Part shown: positions 13,885-14,754 of the stretch, piece after piece
Layout: every line of letters starts with the position of its first letter
Position numbering within the stretch: position 1 is the first letter of the stretch
DNA from: a virus
Taxonomy: Duplodnaviria > Heunggongvirae > Uroviricota > Caudoviricetes
Virus record (IMG/VR): IMGVR_UViG_2660238499_000008
Direction: 5' to 3' (one strand)
Length of the DNA stretch: 14,754 nt
The notes under the pieces: generated by a model
What the model saw: the letters and a program-made list of their open reading frames with translations, nothing else
Databases searched by the model: none
Told to the model about the DNA's origin: nothing
Translations under genes and position numbers: made by a program

Positions 13885-13929
13885 TTACAGATTTACTTTC
13901 TTTGCAATCGATATCACATGGAGTGGGCA

Positions 13930-14754
13930 ATGAACGAACATCATCAACCTTTTGAAGAAATACGGCATTATGGCACTGAAGGGCAAGAATTTTGGTCAGC
14001 GAGAGAATTGGCACCGTTACTGGATTATCGGGACTGGCGCAATTTTCAAAAGGTACTTGCCCGCGCGACTCAAGCGTGCGAAGCCAGCAATCAAGCTGCA
14101 TCTGACCATTTCGTTGAAACCACCAAAATGGTTGTATTAGGTTCAGGGGCTCAACGAGAACTTGAAGATGTTCATCTCTCCCGCTATGCCTGTTACCTGG
14201 TAGTACAAAACGGCGACCCTGCGAAACCGGTTATTGCGGCAGGACAAACTTATTTTGCTATCCAGACCCGACGGCAGGAGCTGGCTGACGATGAAGCTTT
14301 CAGGCAACTTCGTGAAGACGAAAAGCGTCTTTTTCTGAGAAATGAATTGAAAGAACATAACAAACAATTAGTTGAGGCAGCGCAGCAAGCTGGGGTAGCG
14401 ACAGCTATCGATTTCGCCATATTTCAGAATCATGGTTACCGGGGGCTGTATGGTGGATTAGATCAGAAAGCCATCCATCAGCGGAAGGGGCTGAAAAAGA
14501 GTCAGAAGATCCTGGATCATATGGGTTCAACAGAACTGGCGGCTAATCTCTTTCGAGCTACCCAAACAGAAGAAAAACTTAAGCGGGATGGCGTGAATTC
14601 AAAACAGCAAGCTAACACCACACACTTTGACGTAGGTCGCAAGGTGAGGCAAACCATTCAGGAACTTGGCGGAACCATGCCTGAGGAGTTGCCGACCCCG
14701 CAGGTCAGCATTAAGCAGTTGGAAAACAGTGTAAAAATTACAGAGAAAAAATAG
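13930..14754 (+). CDS. dinD: DNA-damage-inducible protein D (DinD), core chromosomal SOS gene
   Basis: 274-aa ORF from ATG 13930 (RBS ggag 6 nt upstream; the track ORF starts 4 codons earlier at 13918). N-terminus MNEHHQPFEEIRHYGTEGQEFWSARELAPLLDYRDWRNF matches my recollection of Escherichia coli DinD. Preceded by a consensus LexA box. Stop codon is the last 3 nt of the window. Confidence 0.88.
   Translation: MNEHHQPFEEIRHYGTEGQEFWSARELAPLLDYRDWRNFQKVLARATQACEASNQAASDHFVETTKMVVLGSGAQRELEDVHLSRYACYLVVQNGDPAKPVIAAGQTYFAIQTRRQELADDEAFRQLREDEKRLFLRNELKEHNKQLVEAAQQAGVATAIDFAIFQNHGYRGLYGGLDQKAIHQRKGLKKSQKILDHMGSTELAANLFRATQTEEKLKRDGVNSKQQANTTHFDVGRKVRQTIQELGGTMPEELPTPQVSIKQLENSVKITEKK

Noticed and set aside
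1-14754. tRNA or tmRNA gene as the integration target
   Set aside because: No T-arm-like GGTTCGAATCC-type sequence or cloverleaf-like segment was noticed in intergenic regions; the attachment site is presumably upstream of position 1 or a protein-gene 3' end, which cannot be seen here.

Overview
The window is essentially one compact integrative element of about 13.5 kb, running from a P4/CP4-57-type tyrosine integrase (1-1260) to just upstream of the core SOS gene dinD (13930-14754, LexA box at 13869-13884). All but one of its genes are on the + strand. Its gene content is that of a phage satellite (P4-like or Gram-negative PICI-like): integrase, AlpA-family regulator, AntA/KilAC antirepressor, a translationally coupled operon ending in a 921-aa zinc-ribbon/TOPRIM/Walker-A primase-helicase, an iteron-type origin (12 copies of the 8-bp core GGTGGTTC), its own SSB, an HExxH putative metallopeptidase and a possible small-terminase-like protein. 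I see no capsid, tail or large-terminase genes. Four things are not explained by that core and are the best candidates for something undescribed: (1) an AT-rich 277-aa cargo gene between int and alpA; (2) a roughly 730-bp repeat-rich, probably non-coding stretch between the antirepressor and an Icd-like gene; (3) two diverged copies of an ~85-bp regulatory module with a 14-bp palindrome and TNCGCA(G) repeat arrays flanking the TerS-like gene; (4) a right-end module of three unrecognisable genes. All product calls come from motif recognition by eye; no search or computation was run, and protein identities are recalled rather than verified.
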